Part shown: positions 61,657-64,000 of the stretch, piece after piece
How the letters are laid out: each line of letters opens with the position of its first letter
How positions within the stretch are numbered: the first letter of the stretch is position 1
DNA from: a virus
Virus record (IMG/VR): IMGVR_UViG_3300009497_000001
Direction: 5' to 3' (one strand)
DNA: 64,000 nt
Position numbers and translations under genes: made by a program
Notes under the pieces: model-generated
The model's input: the letters and a program-made list of their open reading frames with translations, nothing else
What the model was told of the DNA's origin: nothing
Database searches by the model: none

Positions 61657-61854
61657 ATGGCAGTAAAGAAAAAAAAGAAAAGCACAGTAAATAGTTCTGG
61701 AAACTATACTAAACCGGGAATGCGTAAAAGGTTATTTAATTCCATCAAGGCTGGAGGTAAAGGAGGAGCACCGGGACAGTGGTCAGCACGTAAAGCTCAA
61801 ATGCTTGCAAAAAGGTATAAAGCAAACGGAGGCGGATATAAAAGTAAAAAGTAA
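61657..61854 (+). CDS. Small lysine-rich basic protein (65 aa)
   Basis: MAVKKKKKST...GQWSARKAQMLAKRYKANGGGYKSKK. ATG is 2 nt after the upstream stop. Confidence 0.6.
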   Translation: MAVKKKKKSTVNSSGNYTKPGMRKRLFNSIKAGGKGGAPGQWSARKAQMLAKRYKANGGGYKSKK

Positions 61855-61865
61855 TTTGCAAGATA

Positions 61866-62108
61866 ATGGCAAAAACAAAACAACAAAAAAGTCTTACTAG
61901 ATGGACCAAACAGAAATGGACAACTGCATCAGGAAAGAAAAGTTCTGAAACAGGTGAGGTATATGCACCAAAGAAAACTATTGATAAGTTAAAGAGCACT
62001 AAAAAGGGTAAGGCTAAGCTAGCTGCAGCTAATAAAAAGAAGCGTGCTGCAACTAAAAAAGGTAAACAACACGCATCTCACGGATTGCATAAAGGAAAGA
62101 AAAGATAA
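61866..62108 (+). CDS. Small lysine-rich basic protein (80 aa)
   Basis: MAKTKQQKSLTRWTKQKWTTASGKKS...KKKRAATKKGKQHASHGLHKGKKR. Confidence 0.6.
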   Translation: MAKTKQQKSLTRWTKQKWTTASGKKSSETGEVYAPKKTIDKLKSTKKGKAKLAAANKKKRAATKKGKQHASHGLHKGKKR

Positions 62109-62398
62109 TGGCAGCAAAGAAAGATAGTAGACTAACAAAAGCAGGGGTATCAGGTTATAATAAACCTAAACGTACTCCGTCACACCCAAAGAAGTCTCAC
62201 GTAGTGGTAGCTAAGGTGGGAGATAAAGTAAAGACAATTAGATTTGGTCAACAGGGTGTAAAGACAGCAGGTAAGCCTAAAGCCGGTGAGTCAGCAAAGC
62301 AAAAGGCTAGACGTAAGAGCTTTAAAGCTAGACATGGTAAAAATATAGCTAAAGGTAAAATGAGTGCAGCATATTGGGCAGACAAAGTAAAATGGTAG
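62108..62398 (+). CDS. Small lysine-rich basic protein (96 aa)
   Basis: TAATG overlap with the previous gene. KPKRTPSHPKKSHVVVAKVGDKVKTIRFGQQG...RRKSFKARHGKNI...SAAYWADKVKW. Confidence 0.6.
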   Translation: MAAKKDSRLTKAGVSGYNKPKRTPSHPKKSHVVVAKVGDKVKTIRFGQQGVKTAGKPKAGESAKQKARRKSFKARHGKNIAKGKMSAAYWADKVKW

Positions 62399-62401
62399 AT
62401 T

Positions 62402-62656
62402 ATGACAGAAGCAGATTTAATAGAATTAGGTTTTACTAAACAAGTACAGGATCCATGCTGTGATCCTCAAATATATACGTTCTATAAACTGGTAGGTAAT
62501 AGTTCCCCTTTTATTACACCAGCCAGTGACACTATTACTGATGATAATTGGCCAGTAGAAAACTATGCCGTCAATTTTAAAACATATATCAAATCGGATG
62601 TAGTAGAAATGATTACTTTACTAGAAAATAATCCGTTATTTCCTCCAACGGAATAA
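62402..62656 (+). CDS. Hypothetical protein (84 aa)
   Basis: ATG 3 nt after the upstream stop. Confidence 0.55.
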   Translation: MTEADLIELGFTKQVQDPCCDPQIYTFYKLVGNSSPFITPASDTITDDNWPVENYAVNFKTYIKSDVVEMITLLENNPLFPPTE

Positions 62657-62695
62657 AAAAAAGCCATTAAACTTTTTTAAGTTAAACTATTTATG

Positions 62696-62703
62696 TATGT
62701 TTG
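62696..62703 (+). promoter_or_regulatory. Bacteroidota-type -7 box TATGTTTG, 31 nt upstream of ATG 62735
   Basis: Matches TAnnTTTG. Lies in a 78-nt intergenic gap. Confidence 0.25.
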
Positions 62704-62734
62704 CATATATGTTTAATTTTTAAAACCAAATAAA

Positions 62735-63028
62735 ATGGCAGACGTAAAAAATTTAGATCCTAACAAGGATCCTCAGCTAAGTAAAGAAGAACTTACTAAG
62801 CGTAGAGAAGAAATCACACAGTTTTATAAAGATAATATTCCACATCTTACTGTTCAAGCAGAATATGAGGATTTATTAGCTACTATTGACAAAGCAAGAG
62901 CTGAAAGACTGCAAGCTCAAATGTTTATGGCACAAACCGCAGCACAACAAGATAATGCAGGAGAGGCTAGTGAAGATGAGAAAGCTTTTAAAGAAGCTAT
63001 GGAAAAAGCGGCAGCAGGTGCAGAGTAA
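62735..63028 (+). CDS. Hypothetical coiled-coil protein (97 aa)
   Basis: Glu/Lys/Ala-rich helical sequence, immediately upstream of the endolysin. Confidence 0.55.
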   Translation: MADVKNLDPNKDPQLSKEELTKRREEITQFYKDNIPHLTVQAEYEDLLATIDKARAERLQAQMFMAQTAAQQDNAGEASEDEKAFKEAMEKAAAGAE

Positions 63029-63030
63029 TT

Positions 63031-63954
63031 ATGAAGATGCTAAAAAAAGGTGATAGAGGCCAAGAAGTAAAGACATTACAACAAAATCTTTTAATTAAAC
63101 CTGACGGAATATTTGGAAGACAAACAGAAAAACATGTTATAAGGTTTCAACTTATGCATAATTTATCTGCTGATGGTATAGTAGGTGCAGAGACATGGAC
63201 TCTTTTATTACAGTTACCAAGTGCGTTAACCATAGCAATAGATGAAGATACTGATACACAAGGTCAAATGTTTGAGACACCTTATGATCAAATTATACAT
63301 AAGCATTATTTACCTAAAGGGGAATATGTAGAAGGACCCGTTAGTAATCATTATATCTTTTTACATCATACTGCAGGTAATGCTAATCCTTATAGATGCA
63401 TTGATCACTGGGGAAGAGATAGCAGGGGACGCATTGCAACTGAATTTGTATTAGGAGGTATCAATCACAGGAATGGTAATGATGAATATAATGGTGTCAT
63501 GGTACAAGCATTTCCTACAGGAGCACAAGGATTTCATTTAGGTAAGACTGGATCAGGATATATGAACAGGCATTCAGTAGGAATTGAAATATGTAACATG
63601 GGATACTTAGATAGTAAAACAATGAAAACATATGTAGGTTCAGTATGTCAGGAAGAACAAGTATGTGAGCTACCTGAACATTTTAAGGATAAACTACACT
63701 GGCATAACTACACAGAAGAACAAATCAAAGCCACAGAAAAGTGGATCAAGTGGGTAGGTGAAAGAGATGGTGTAGATATAAGATTAGGTTTAAAACAATA
63801 TATCAAGAAATATGGTCCATCTAAAGGTTTTGATTTTCAAGAGGATGCATATTATGGAAAGGTAAGAGGTTTATTAACTCACGGTAATGTGAGAACAGGT
63901 AAGTCAGATATATATCCACATCCAGATATGGTTGATATGATAATGAGTTTATAA
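63031..63954 (+). CDS. Endolysin: N-terminal peptidoglycan-binding domain plus N-acetylmuramoyl-L-alanine amidase (Amidase_2/PGRP-like), 307 aa
   Basis: GDRGQEVKTLQQNL...DGIFGRQTEKHVIRFQ...LSADGIVGAETW is a PG_binding_1 pattern. IFLHHTAGN and HSVGIEICNMGY match amidase_2 motifs. Confidence 0.75.
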   Translation: MKMLKKGDRGQEVKTLQQNLLIKPDGIFGRQTEKHVIRFQLMHNLSADGIVGAETWTLLLQLPSALTIAIDEDTDTQGQMFETPYDQIIHKHYLPKGEYVEGPVSNHYIFLHHTAGNANPYRCIDHWGRDSRGRIATEFVLGGINHRNGNDEYNGVMVQAFPTGAQGFHLGKTGSGYMNRHSVGIEICNMGYLDSKTMKTYVGSVCQEEQVCELPEHFKDKLHWHNYTEEQIKATEKWIKWVGERDGVDIRLGLKQYIKKYGPSKGFDFQEDAYYGKVRGLLTHGNVRTGKSDIYPHPDMVDMIMSL

Positions 63955-63956
63955 AA

Positions 63957-64000
63957 TGGCAATAGTAAAAAAAGTAGATTTAAAATTAAAAGTTAATATT
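63957..64000 (+). CDS. Start of a further ORF truncated by the window end
   Basis: ATG 2 nt after the endolysin stop (MAIVKKVDLKLKVNI...). Only 14 codons are visible. Confidence 0.25.

Noticed and set aside
1-64000. Stop-codon reassignment (TAG or TGA recoding), as seen in some crAss-like phages
   Set aside because: ORFs of 12.3, 5.8, 4.0 and 3.3 kb are intact under the standard code. Genes abut normally at TAA/TGA stops, and the three tRNAs are Arg, Leu and CAU types, none a suppressor.
1-64000. CRISPR array, integrase/attachment sites, transposase or prophage boundary
   Set aside because: I saw no regularly spaced direct repeats with unique spacers. I recognised no recombinase or transposase motifs, and there is no flanking host-like gene. 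The window is phage throughout.

Overview
This AT-rich (about one-third G+C by eye), gene-dense window looks entirely viral. I saw no integrase, transposase, rRNA, CRISPR array or host housekeeping genes. My best reading is a crAss-like (Crassvirales-type) phage of a Bacteroidota host. Supporting signs are signal peptides ending AQ/GQ, no Shine-Dalgarno sequences, and a few TAnnTTTG -7-type boxes. There are five transcription blocks. (1) 2-20154 (+) holds two giant ORFs (>=4094 aa and 1921 aa). The first carries a HEXXH zincin motif and a beta-prime-like double-psi beta-barrel with a DFDID metal site, which is the signature of the virion-packaged RNA polymerase of crAss-like phages. An envelope-targeted trio follows: a beta-barrel-like secreted protein, a TM/coiled-coil protein, and a thioredoxin fold lacking CxxC. 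(2) 20151-23049 (-) holds class I ribonucleotide reductase nrdA/nrdB. (3) 23201-34291 (+) is a chain of translationally coupled micro-ORFs, including a 28-aa CDGSH-like ORF and two Gly/Met/Lys-rich paralogues. It also holds three tail-fibre-like genes that share an N-terminal motif, one with an Ig-like segment plus a VWA MIDAS motif. (4) 34313-61083 (-) is the replication and nucleotide-metabolism module: family B DNA polymerase, Toprim primase, DnaB-like helicase, Sak4-like ATPase, RusA-like resolvase, PD-(D/E)xK nuclease, UDG, SF2 helicase, a MoxR-type AAA+/VWA-HEXXH pair with two paralogous partners, and an SPL/radical-SAM-like protein. It is followed by three abutting tRNAs and a cluster of small early-type genes. 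That cluster is punctuated by a repeated GGAAGGGAGCAGT box, hairpins, intrinsic terminators and a GC-rich structured element. (5) 61334-64000 (+) holds a UVR-motif protein, three small lysine-rich proteins and an amidase endolysin. The most interesting signals are the giant vRNAP fusion, the repeated box/hairpin units that could be its early promoters, the candidate ncRNA between two boxes, the G-tract repeat region at the strand switch, and the AAA+/VWA four-gene cassette. All functional calls come from motif reading by eye; no searches were run.
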